Below are positions 1-8,486 of a DNA stretch of 10,090 bases, piece after piece. The notes under the pieces were generated by a model. The model ran no database searches and was not told where the DNA came from. It saw nothing but the letters and a program-made list of their open reading frames with translations. A program made the translations under genes and the position numbers. Source of the stretch: an uncultured Pseudomonadota bacterium (GTDB lineage Bacteria > SAR324 > NAC60-12). The DNA lies in the NCBI GenBank assembly GCA_913020725.1, contig CAJWCD010000124.1, forward strand, positions 1-10,090, read 5' to 3'. Numbering within the stretch: position 1 is the stretch's first letter; each line of letters begins with the position of its first letter.

Positions 1-135
1 CCGTTAGTGTCACATGCTTCAGGATGAGACGGCAAACGCTTGCGAATGTAAACACGCCCTAGTGACAGGAAATTTCTGCGCTGCGGAGGTGATCCAAAGG
101 CACGGGCATCACTCAAAACCCAAAAACCAACAGAG

Positions 136-1023
136 GTGATTTTGCAGAACATCGGTTGTCAAAACATGGTGGATCCCATCCGGCGGATTCTCATCAAGCA
201 TCCCCGGCAGGCGTATCGAGATGAAGCCAACTTGGCCGCACAGTGGCAGGCTCTGAATTATCTGGGGCTTCCAGATTTCGCAAAGGCGATTGCCGACTAT
301 GACCACTTCGTGGAACTGCTGGAGTCCTCCGGAATGGAAATCCATTTCCTGCCCGAAAACACCACTACCACGTTGGATTCGATCTACACGCACGACCCCT
401 GTGTGGTTTCCAACAAGGGGGCGATCCTCTGCACGATGGGGAAAACAGAGCGGCTTCCGGAACCGGAGGCAATGGCTATATTTTTCGAGGAAATCGGCGT
501 GCCTGTCCTTGGGCGCATCGAAGCACCCGGAACCTTGGAAGGTGGGGATGTGGTCTGGATCGACGAGCGCACGGTTGCAGTGGGAGAGGGCTACCGCACC
601 AACGCCGAGGGCATCCGGCAGTTTGGGGAGTTGCTCGGAGATTTGGTGGACGAGGTGATTTCAGTGCCCCTGCCGCACTGGACGGGTTCAGGCGATTGCC
701 TGCATCTCATGTCCAACGTCAGTCCGCTTGACCACGACCTCCACCTCGTCTATTCGCGGCTGCTGACCGTGCCCTTCCGTCAATTCCTCTTGGGACGCGG
801 CATCACCTTGGTGGAGGTTCCGGACGAGGAGTACGACTCGATGGGCTGCAACGTGCTGGCGGTCGCGCCCCGCAAGGTGATCCTGCTGACAGGGAATCCG
901 GAAACTCGACGCAGGCTTGAAGCCGAAGGCGTGGAGGTGCAAACCTACGACGGCTCCGAGATTTCTTTGAAAGGCTCCGGTGGCCCCACTTGTCTGACGC
1001 GCCCGCTGCAGCGCTGCGCCTGA
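136..1023 (+). CDS. Amidinotransferase / dimethylarginine dimethylaminohydrolase (pentein, guanidino-modifying) superfamily enzyme
   Basis: 295-aa ORF with pentein motifs DSIYTHDP, LEGGD, CLHLM, GCNVLAV and C-terminal KGSGGPTCLTRP (catalytic Cys). Start uncertain: GTG136, TTG142 or ATG166. Confidence 0.88.
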   Translation: MILQNIGCQNMVDPIRRILIKHPRQAYRDEANLAAQWQALNYLGLPDFAKAIADYDHFVELLESSGMEIHFLPENTTTTLDSIYTHDPCVVSNKGAILCTMGKTERLPEPEAMAIFFEEIGVPVLGRIEAPGTLEGGDVVWIDERTVAVGEGYRTNAEGIRQFGELLGDLVDEVISVPLPHWTGSGDCLHLMSNVSPLDHDLHLVYSRLLTVPFRQFLLGRGITLVEVPDEEYDSMGCNVLAVAPRKVILLTGNPETRRRLEAEGVEVQTYDGSEISLKGSGGPTCLTRPLQRCA

Positions 1024-1042
1024 GCTTTTGCGCTGGGCCATT

Positions 1043-2287
1043 TTAACGAACGCCCATCCCGGAAATGTCGAACTCCGGAGTGCGGCCACCCACCAGATCC
1101 GCAGTGATACGCGCAGCCCCACAGGACATCGTCCAGCCCATGTGTCCGTGCCCCGTGTTGTAGATCAGGTTCTGGTGCCTGCCTTTGCCGAAAATGGGCG
1201 TGCCCTCCGGAGTCATGGGCCGCAAGCCCGCCCAGTACTGCGGCTTGTCGTAGTCACAGGCGTCTGGAAACAGCGTCTTCGCCTTGGCGATCATCGGTGC
1301 AAAATCCTCTGGAGTGTGCTTGCGGTCGTAGCCTGCAAACTCCGCAATCGAAGTCAGCCGCAACCGCTTGCCCATTGGAGCATAGGCAAGCAAGTGATCC
1401 TCGTCCACCCCGCCAATCTTGGGGGCAAGTCCCCCTTTTTTGATGGGAAGCGTGGCCGAGTAGCCCTTCACAGGATAGACTGAAAGATGCACCCCAAGAG
1501 TGCGGGCCAGCAACGGACTCCAGCAGCCGAGGCACAGAATGTAGAGGTCGGCAGTGTAGTCGCCTTGGTTGGTGATCACCCGCTCCACGCGCGCTCCGGT
1601 GGCAGCGATCCGTTGAATCTCCGGGCCTAACACAAAGTTCCCGCCCATGGATTGGCAGACGGACACCAGCTTTTCTGTGAAAATTCGGGAATCGCCGGAC
1701 TCGTCCGCCGGAATGTAGATGCCTCCGGCAAAGCGGTCCCGGACGGGTTGCAAGGCGGGGTCGATCTCAGCGGCGCGGTCGGGGTCCACCACCTCCACCG
1801 CTTGCCCATCCTCCTCAAGAATCCGCATGTGATTTACTCCGGCCTTAAGGGTTTCCGGACTGCGGTGCAGGTAAAGCAGTCCCCCAATTTTGCGGTCGTA
1901 GGCAATGCCCGTTTCACGCACCACCTCGTGCAGCACCTGCTGGGAGTAGGCGCAGAGTTGGTGCTTGGCAAGGGTGTTGCGCCGTGCTGCTTCCGTGGTG
2001 CATTGCCCCAGAAATTGCAAACCCCAGCGCAGCAGGCGACGATCCGGAGGAAACTTCATCCGGAAGGCTTGATCATTGCGGTAGAGCGACTTGAACAGCA
2101 TCGTCACCGCCTTTGGCGAGGCCCACGCAAAGGAATGCCCCGGCGCAATCAACCCGGCGTTGCCAAAACTCGCCCCGCCCTGCGCCGGAGGTTCGCGGTC
2201 CAACACCGTGACCTCATGCCCCTCTCTCAGCAGGTGCCACGCGGTCGTTGTGCCAATCACCCCGCAGCCAAGAATCAAGACCTTCAT
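1043..2287 (-). CDS. dadA: FAD-dependent D-amino acid dehydrogenase (DadA-like, DAO family)
   Basis: N-terminal MKVLILGCGVIG Rossmann motif, GASFGNAG, YPVKGYS, WAGLRPMTPEGTP, NTGHGHMGWTMSCG; 414 aa. Substrate not determinable, so the symbol is family-level. Confidence 0.9.
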   Translation of the reverse strand: MKVLILGCGVIGTTTAWHLLREGHEVTVLDREPPAQGGASFGNAGLIAPGHSFAWASPKAVTMLFKSLYRNDQAFRMKFPPDRRLLRWGLQFLGQCTTEAARRNTLAKHQLCAYSQQVLHEVVRETGIAYDRKIGGLLYLHRSPETLKAGVNHMRILEEDGQAVEVVDPDRAAEIDPALQPVRDRFAGGIYIPADESGDSRIFTEKLVSVCQSMGGNFVLGPEIQRIAATGARVERVITNQGDYTADLYILCLGCWSPLLARTLGVHLSVYPVKGYSATLPIKKGGLAPKIGGVDEDHLLAYAPMGKRLRLTSIAEFAGYDRKHTPEDFAPMIAKAKTLFPDACDYDKPQYWAGLRPMTPEGTPIFGKGRHQNLIYNTGHGHMGWTMSCGAARITADLVGGRTPEFDISGMGVR

Positions 2288-2317
2288 GGCATCTCCTGCA
2301 AAGCTTCTGGATTCAAC

Positions 2318-2671
2318 TCACCGTGCCGCAATCACTCCGATTTCCACCGTGAACTGCGGTGCCGCCAGCTTCGATTCCACGCAGGCTCGGCAGGGCGTGT
2401 TTCCGGGGGACACCCAAGCGTCCCAAATCGCGTTCATCTCATTGAAATCGTTGATATCTGTGAGCCAGATCGTTGCCGAAATCAACTTCGATTTGTCGGT
2501 TCCGGCTTCGGTCAACAGGCCATCAATTTGGGCGAGGATGGCTTCGGTTTGCTTGGTGACGGACGCTCCGGGAGCGGATTGAGCCACCTGTCCGGCGGTG
2601 TAAACGGTGTCTCCGTGTACCACGGCCTGAGTCATGCGGGGGCCAACCTGAATACGTTTGATCTCTGGCAT
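2318..2671 (-). CDS. Rid (RidA/YjgF/UK114) family imine/enamine deaminase, YoaB/Rid2-like
   Basis: Probable start ATG2671 (MPEIKRIQVGPRMTQAVVHGDTVYTAGQV), 117 aa; FNEMNAIWDAWV, TPCRACVE with the catalytic Arg, VEIGVIAA. The ORF-track extension to 2950 is not family-like. Confidence 0.92.
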   Translation of the reverse strand: MPEIKRIQVGPRMTQAVVHGDTVYTAGQVAQSAPGASVTKQTEAILAQIDGLLTEAGTDKSKLISATIWLTDINDFNEMNAIWDAWVSPGNTPCRACVESKLAAPQFTVEIGVIAAR

Positions 2672-2846
2672 GTTCGTTCCTTTATAGAGTGTGCAAAAAA
2701 CTGTGAATCGCAGCCCACCAAACGGTCGGCTGGAAAAACCAAGTTTCAAGCATAGCGGAAACTTTGGCTGGAACCAACCCCAAGTTAAAACTTCAAAAAA
2801 AATTTCTGAAAATACAATTGATAATTTTATCGTAAATAAGTGACGC

Positions 2847-2987
2847 CTTATCGAAGTCTGTCTTGAAGTTACGATAAATGTCACGGACGCTACGGAAGAC
2901 CTTGACTCCGGCGATACTGTGCTCGACGCGCACCCGTAGCTTGGAGACACGCCGATTGGCCTCCTTCTCTTCGGGGTGGATTTCGTC
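2847..2987 (-). mobile_element. Transposase remnant: C-terminal fragment of a DDE transposase (IS5/ISL2-like, DDE_Tnp_4 type)
   Basis: Translates to DEIHPEEKEANRRVSKLRVRVEHSIAGVKVFRSVRDIYRNFKTDFDK, containing the N..(S)..R..VEH.I...K.F catalytic-Glu helix. No N-terminal domain or terminal repeats seen; boundaries approximate. Confidence 0.75.
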
Positions 2988-3105
2988 CTTGCACAGTACC
3001 CTCATTCTTCGGCAGAGCCCTTGACCTCGCGGCCAAACTGGAGATGCTGCGCTTCATGCTCAATGTTCTGGGCAAGACTCCGGAAGTCTTCAAGGACAGC
3101 ACCGA

Positions 3106-4077
3106 CTAATAACCCAGCAGTTGCTCTGCCGCTTGAGTGGGCAGCAGCGTTCCGTCCGACACCGCCTGCTCACAGTCCTGAAGCTGACTCTGCATGTCCG
3201 GGCGGCTTCTGAATTCGCGCAGCAGCCCTTCTTCCACCAGTGTCCAGAGCCACTGTCGCGCTTGGGTTTTGCGTTGCCGTTCCCACACTCCGGAATGGCG
3301 TGCATGCTGCTCGAATGCCTGCACGGCCTGCCAAACTAAATCTAGCCCGCTCCCTTCTAGGGCACTGCACGTCAGCACCGACAACGCCCCTCCGGACACT
3401 TCGGAACGCACCAACCGCAACGCTTGACGATACGCCTGCTGCGTACTTTTTGCCAGCGCAACTTGCTCGCCGTCGGTTTTGTTCACCACCAGCAAATCCG
3501 CGACCTCCAGAATGCCCTTCTTGATGCCCTGCAACTCGTCCCCTGCGTTGGGCAGCAACAGCACGAGGAAGCAATCGACCATCGAGGCCACCAGTGTTTC
3601 GGATTGCCCGACCCCAACGGTTTCGACCAGCACGACATCGTAGCCTGCGGCTTCACACAGCAAGAGGGTTTCGCGGGTACGGCGGGCCACCCCACCGAGG
3701 ACGCCGGACGAGGGCGAGGGCCGGACGAAAGCATCGGGATGACGCGAAAGTTCGGGCATTCGCGTTTTGTCCCCAAGGATACTGCCGCCCGTGACGGGAC
3801 TGGTCGGATCGACCGCAAGGACGGCCACGCGGCGCCCCTGCTCGATGAGGTGCAACCCGAAGGCTTCGATGAAGGTGCTTTTGCCAACTCCGGGAACCCC
3901 CGTGATGCCGAGCCGCAGGGCGTTTCCGGAATCAGGCAGCAGGGTTTCCAGCAACTGCTGTGCGGCGGCTTGGTCTTGGGAGCGGGAGCTTTCGAGCAGG
4001 GTGATCGCCTTGGCGAGGGCGCGGCGGTTTCCGGAACGGAGCGCGTCCGGAACAAGGTTGGAACTGGCGCGGCTCAT
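3106..4077 (-). CDS. meaB: Methylmalonyl-CoA mutase-associated GTPase MeaB (ArgK/MMAA family)
   Basis: [26 protein letters not shown]-loop, [41 protein letters not shown]; start overlaps the mutase stop (ATGA, 4074-4077). Confidence 0.96.
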   Translation of the reverse strand: MSRASSNLVPDALRSGNRRALAKAITLLESSRSQDQAAAQQLLETLLPDSGNALRLGITGVPGVGKSTFIEAFGLHLIEQGRRVAVLAVDPTSPVTGGSILGDKTRMPELSRHPDAFVRPSPSSGVLGGVARRTRETLLLCEAAGYDVVLVETVGVGQSETLVASMVDCFLVLLLPNAGDELQGIKKGILEVADLLVVNKTDGEQVALAKSTQQAYRQALRLVRSEVSGGALSVLTCSALEGSGLDLVWQAVQAFEQHARHSGVWERQRKTQARQWLWTLVEEGLLREFRSRPDMQSQLQDCEQAVSDGTLLPTQAAEQLLGY

Positions 4078-6230
4078 GCCGCCTGCCGCGTCGATTCCTG
4101 AATCGCGTGTAACACCTCTTGAGCGGCTTGCGGGATGGGGGTGCCGGGACCGAAGATGCAGGCGACCCCCAAACTGCGCAGATAGTCGTAATCCTGTGGA
4201 GGGATGACCCCGCCGACCACCACACGGATGTCCTCGGCATCCTGCGTCCGGAGTGCGGCCATGAGGTGTGAGACCAGCGTTTTGTGCCCGGCGACTTGGC
4301 TGGAAACCCCAATCGCGTGAACGTCGTTTTCCACCGCCTGCTTGACGACTTCCTCCGGAGTTTGGAAGAGCGGGCCGATGTCCACGTCAAAACCGAGGTC
4401 GGCAAAGGCGGTCGCAATGATCTTCGCCCCCCGGTCATGACCGTCCTGCCCCATCTTGACGACGAGCAACCGGGGGCGTCGTCCTTCGTGTTCAGCAAAT
4501 TTTTCGATGTCAGTTTTGACGGCGGACAACTCGTTCGGATCGGGATAGCTTCCGGCATAGACACCGTAGGATGCACGGATCGGCGCATTGTAACGGCCCC
4601 AAGCACGTTCCATTGCATCAGAAAGCTCGCCGACGGTGGCACGGGCGCGGATGGCCTCGATGCTCAGTGCGAGCAGGTTGCCCGTTCCGGAAGCAGCGGC
4701 TTGCTGAATCGCGCCCAGCGCAGATTCGACTTGCGTGGAATCCCGACAATCCCGGATTTGCTGCAAACGTTGGATTTGCGTGTCGCGGACGGCAGTGTTG
4801 TCAATGTCCCGGACTTCAACGGGTTCGGCTTCCTTTGCTTGGTACTTGTTGACTCCAACGATGACCTCCTTGCCTTGATCAATGAGTGCCTGTCGTCGTG
4901 CGGCAGATTCCTCAATGCGCTGCTTGGGCATTCCGGACTCGACTGCCTTGGTCATGCCGCCGAGGGTTTCGATTTCTTCCAGTAGCTTGCGGGCTTCCGT
5001 GGCGAGCGAGTGCGTGAGCGATTCCATGAAGTAGGAACCGCCAAAGGGGTCAATCACGTTCGGAATTCCGGTTTCCTCCTGCAAAATGAGTTGCGTGTTG
5101 CGGGCGATGCGGGCGGAGGTTTCCGTGGGCAGGCCGAGTGCTTCGTCAAAGGAGTTGGTGTGCAACGACTGCGTTCCGCCTAGCACGGCGGCCAGTGCTT
5201 CAATCGTGGTGCGCACGATGTTATTGTAAGGATCCTGTTCAGTGAGGCTCCACCCGGAAGTTTGGCAGTGGGTGCGCAACATCAGCGACTGCGGGTTTTC
5301 GGGTTGGAAGGGTTGGAGCAGTTGAGCCCAGAGCAGACGGGCGGCCCGGAGTTTGGCGACTTCCATGAAGAAGTTCATGCCAATCCCGAAGAAAAATGAA
5401 AGCCTTGGCGCAAACTGGTCAATCGCCATGCCCCGTGCAATGGCGGTGCGGACATATTCCAGTCCGTCGCCGAGCGTGAACGCGAGTTCCTGCACTGCCG
5501 TCGCGCCTGCTTCCTGAATGTGATAGCCGCTGATGCTGATGGAGTTGTAGCGCGGCATGTGCTCGGCGGTGTGGGCGATGATGTCGCCGACGATGCGCAT
5601 GGAGGGCGCAGGCGGGTAGATGTAGGTGTTGCGGACCATGAACTCCTTGAGGATGTCATTCTGGATGGTCCCGCTGAGCTTGGCCTGTGGCACGCCCTGT
5701 TCTTCCGCCGCGACGATGTAAGCCGCCAACACAGGCAAGACCGCGCCGTTCATGGTCATCGAAACCGACATCTCATCGAGTGGAATCTCGTCAAAGAGCA
5801 GCTTCATGTCTTCCACCGAATCAATAGCGACTCCGGCCTTGCCCACGTCTCCGACCACACGCGGATGATCCGAATCGTAACCCCGGTGCGTGGCAAGGTC
5901 GAAAGCGACGCTCAGCCCCTTTTGGCCCGCCGCAAGGTTCTTGCGGTAGAAGGCATTGGATTCCTCGGCAGTCGAAAACCCCGCATACTGCCGGATGGTC
6001 CACGGACGGTTCGCGTACATCGTCGCCCGTGGCCCGCGCAGGAACGGAAAGCAACCCGGAAGCGTGTCGGTGAATTCCAGTCGTTCCAAATCTGCGGCGG
6101 TGTAGAGCGGCTTGAGTGTGATGCCCTCCAGAGTGTTGCAGTTCAACGAATCCACTGCTTGGCCCCGGAGTTCCCGCTCAGCTTGCGCGGCCCAGATTTT
6201 CAGATCAGGTGGTGCAGCGTGGTCAAGCAT
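4074..6230 (-). CDS. scpA: Methylmalonyl-CoA mutase (adenosylcobalamin-dependent; catalytic and B12-binding domains in one chain)
   Basis: 718 aa; [13 protein letters not shown] (Tyr typical of MCM), [45 protein letters not shown]12 motif [20 protein letters not shown]. Confidence 0.97.
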   Translation of the reverse strand: MLDHAAPPDLKIWAAQAERELRGQAVDSLNCNTLEGITLKPLYTAADLERLEFTDTLPGCFPFLRGPRATMYANRPWTIRQYAGFSTAEESNAFYRKNLAAGQKGLSVAFDLATHRGYDSDHPRVVGDVGKAGVAIDSVEDMKLLFDEIPLDEMSVSMTMNGAVLPVLAAYIVAAEEQGVPQAKLSGTIQNDILKEFMVRNTYIYPPAPSMRIVGDIIAHTAEHMPRYNSISISGYHIQEAGATAVQELAFTLGDGLEYVRTAIARGMAIDQFAPRLSFFFGIGMNFFMEVAKLRAARLLWAQLLQPFQPENPQSLMLRTHCQTSGWSLTEQDPYNNIVRTTIEALAAVLGGTQSLHTNSFDEALGLPTETSARIARNTQLILQEETGIPNVIDPFGGSYFMESLTHSLATEARKLLEEIETLGGMTKAVESGMPKQRIEESAARRQALIDQGKEVIVGVNKYQAKEAEPVEVRDIDNTAVRDTQIQRLQQIRDCRDSTQVESALGAIQQAAASGTGNLLALSIEAIRARATVGELSDAMERAWGRYNAPIRASYGVYAGSYPDPNELSAVKTDIEKFAEHEGRRPRLLVVKMGQDGHDRGAKIIATAFADLGFDVDIGPLFQTPEEVVKQAVENDVHAIGVSSQVAGHKTLVSHLMAALRTQDAEDIRVVVGGVIPPQDYDYLRSLGVACIFGPGTPIPQAAQEVLHAIQESTRQAA

Positions 6231-6242
6231 TGCCCGGCGAGG

Positions 6243-7178
6243 TTAACTACAAGAGGCTTCAAACTTTCCTCCGGATTTACAGGCAGAGTAGTCGTTGATG
6301 TCACAGAGACCTGCATCAGAGAGGCATTTGATGGCTTGACAGGTGGCTTGCGCGGCGGTGTTCATTAAATCGGAAACTCCTGAGGAGCCAAAGGAGCCAT
6401 AGGTGAAGCCGTCCGCAGCTTGAGAGAGGTAGGTTATGCTGTTGGTGAAGGGGGTACACGCAGATCCACTGCACGAACCATCTGATGCAGTAAAGTCTCC
6501 ACACGCAGCATCAAAGGCTTTGCGCTTCTCGCCCTTTTGCAGGAACCCATCATTTTTTCGGAAGGCTGGGTTGTTGGAAGAGGGAATAGTTGTGTTGCTT
6601 GTGAGTCCAGAGCAGGAAAATTCACTGGTAGCGGCGTTCGAATCGTTATCCACGCAGGAGACGGCCCCGGCGGAGTCGAGTTCGATGGACTCGTCGAGCT
6701 TGAGTGCCAGCAAGTTGGCGATCGCGTAGTTGGTGGCGGCGTCCTTGTCAGTCGAATAGACGGGCTTGAGCTGTGAGATGGCACTGTTCAGATTGGTGAG
6801 TGCCGACTGGACTGAAGTCTTACGGGTGGTCTCGTTATTGATATCGTCGTAGGTCAGCTTGAGAATTTTGAAGAAGGTCGCACCCCCGGTGTCAGTGCCG
6901 ATGTCATCAGCTCCAAGACTTTCGCTATCGGTTCCGGCAGTGGGGGTACTTCCGGAGTTGTCGAGCAGGTTAATGTAGTCGTAGCCCGCCTTGCCCATGT
7001 ACGCGGAAGCCTTGTCCTTGTAGCTGGTGCAGGCGGTGAGGGCGCTGTCGTAGTCGCGGGAGCTGAGGTAGCTCGTGCAGTCTCCGGAATCGGAGTCGGA
7101 AATGAGGTTGTTGCCGCAACTGCCCAGCGTGAGGGTGAGTGCGATGCCCAGAGTGATGAATCGGAGAGGATGCGCCAT
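6243..7178 (-). CDS. Predicted Cys-rich lipoprotein of unknown function
   Basis: Probable start ATG7178 with GAGG upstream. MAHPLRFITLGIALTLTLGS-C21 gives a signal peptide with lipobox; 311 aa, Ser/Thr/Asp/Gly-rich, 12 further Cys; TPR-like segment DYDSAL...ASAYMGKAG. Confidence 0.8.
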   Translation of the reverse strand: MAHPLRFITLGIALTLTLGSCGNNLISDSDSGDCTSYLSSRDYDSALTACTSYKDKASAYMGKAGYDYINLLDNSGSTPTAGTDSESLGADDIGTDTGGATFFKILKLTYDDINNETTRKTSVQSALTNLNSAISQLKPVYSTDKDAATNYAIANLLALKLDESIELDSAGAVSCVDNDSNAATSEFSCSGLTSNTTIPSSNNPAFRKNDGFLQKGEKRKAFDAACGDFTASDGSCSGSACTPFTNSITYLSQAADGFTYGSFGSSGVSDLMNTAAQATCQAIKCLSDAGLCDINDYSACKSGGKFEASCS

Positions 7179-7185
7179 GACGACC

Positions 7186-8361
7186 TCAGAACTCAAGTGT
7201 GAACTCGATGGCCTTGCGTTGCTCGGCAACTCCGGAGGGAGTGCCCGTTTCGACCTTGTAATCAGCATAGCGGATGACCGGCACGAAGGGGAGGCTTAAT
7301 TCCCAGCCGAAGGTGGGGTAGCCCTGATTGTAGCCGGAGCGCAGGATGATCCAGTCGGCAAGAAAGCCCAGTTCCAGCCCAAGGTGCAACCGCTTGTACC
7401 AACAGTTGGTGCCACTTGCGCTCTTGCAGGCGGTGTCGTCCACGCTGTCCTTGGTCAAGTCCCGCAGATCCGCAACGATGAGTGTGCGGGCAATGCCGAT
7501 CTTGGGTTGCATGGACAAGCCAACGTTGATCTCCTGCTTCTCGTCCTGCGGGGTGGTTTCTCCGGAATTGCGAGCAAACTTGAGTCCTCCGGCGTTGAGG
7601 ATGGACATCCCCCAGGACATGCGCAGGAACCGCAGCGAGGACATGCGCTGCTGAAAACCGAGGGTGTAGCCCGTCCCCTTGCGCATTTTGCTGGTGGTGC
7701 AACTGGCATCGGTCACGAAGGTGGAAAAGCCGGAACTGATGCCCGACACACTGCTGGTGCTGGTTTTGTCGCAGCGTTCAATCTGCATGGCGCTGAAGCC
7801 GATGTTGTAGCGCCCCTTGAAAATCGGCATTCCAAAACCGATGGTGGTGAACTGATCGAGACGATCCGCAACGGTGAGGTTAAGATTGACGGCGTCCGAA
7901 ATCCCGATGCGCAGGGTGCGCTCCCCTCCCATGACGGCAGCGAGTGTGAATCCGGAATATTGTTTTCCGAACGGATACACCAAGTGAACGTTGAGGAAGC
8001 TGGTGGGCTTAGAGATGTAGGGGATGCGCAGGTGGATCGTCTTGCCCAGCAGGTTCTGGGCGACGGTCGCGGTGCTACCACTGGTGGAGATTTTTCCGTT
8101 GGCGATGTCAAAAGTGGTTTGTGAGCCCTCGAACACGAAAGGAGTGACGAAGAGGAACTCCTTGGCGTCTCCCAACCCGGCGGGGTTGTAGAAGAGGGCG
8201 AATTCGTCTTGGGAGTAGGCGATGCCCGCATTGCCACGCGCAAGGTACGCCAGCCCCGGGTAGAGCCTGCGGATTTCCCCGGCGCCCACCTCCAGAACCG
8301 TTGCCAGCAGCAGCGTGGGCAGGAGCAGAGTGAAGAGAAAAAGGCGCATTTGTGTGGGCAC
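7186..8361 (-). CDS. Predicted outer-membrane beta-barrel protein (FadL/TraF_2/PorV-like N-terminal motif)
   Basis: AGGAG then GTG8361 (alternative ATG8349); hydrophobic signal peptide; ARGNAGIA...D.FALFYNPAGL motif; alternating strands (RYNIGFSAMQ, YTLGFQ, LHLGLELG, LRSGYNQGY); C-terminal IEFTLEF ending in Phe. Confidence 0.75.
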   Translation of the reverse strand: MPTQMRLFLFTLLLPTLLLATVLEVGAGEIRRLYPGLAYLARGNAGIAYSQDEFALFYNPAGLGDAKEFLFVTPFVFEGSQTTFDIANGKISTSGSTATVAQNLLGKTIHLRIPYISKPTSFLNVHLVYPFGKQYSGFTLAAVMGGERTLRIGISDAVNLNLTVADRLDQFTTIGFGMPIFKGRYNIGFSAMQIERCDKTSTSSVSGISSGFSTFVTDASCTTSKMRKGTGYTLGFQQRMSSLRFLRMSWGMSILNAGGLKFARNSGETTPQDEKQEINVGLSMQPKIGIARTLIVADLRDLTKDSVDDTACKSASGTNCWYKRLHLGLELGFLADWIILRSGYNQGYPTFGWELSLPFVPVIRYADYKVETGTPSGVAEQRKAIEFTLEF

Positions 8362-8486
8362 AGGAATCTCCTGAGTTTCAGAACGGTCAGAAGGAATGCA
8401 CTTGATGTGCAAATTCCGGCTTGCGCCCCCGATCCCATCGACTACGCTTTCCACAGAGCAACTCCGCCCTCACGTCATTTCTGCTT

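Noticed and set aside
1..135. Guanidine riboswitch upstream of the pentein gene
   Set aside because: No match seen to guanidine-I, -II (tandem ACGR hairpins) or -III consensus features.
1652..2755. 367-aa plus-strand ORF and other long antisense/alternate-frame ORFs (e.g. 3424-4101, 4284-4985, 5520-6368, 7384-8124)
   Set aside because: Shadow frames of well-supported genes in GC-rich DNA; no recognisable motifs.
2818..2833. Fur box
   Set aside because: GATAA/TTATC dyad spacing is one base short of the 7-1-7 Fur consensus and no iron-related genes are adjacent.
2672..2950. 93-residue N-terminal extension of the Rid ORF
   Set aside because: Runs through AT-rich intergenic DNA and the transposase stub in another frame; family similarity starts at ATG2671.
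7186..8361. Conjugation gene (traF) indicating a mobile element
   Set aside because: Only a motif-level resemblance; no other transfer genes, relaxase or integrase in the window.
8362..8486. Cobalamin riboswitch ahead of the barrel-mutase operon
   Set aside because: The intergenic region is short and shows no B12-box or other cobalamin riboswitch consensus on the minus strand.
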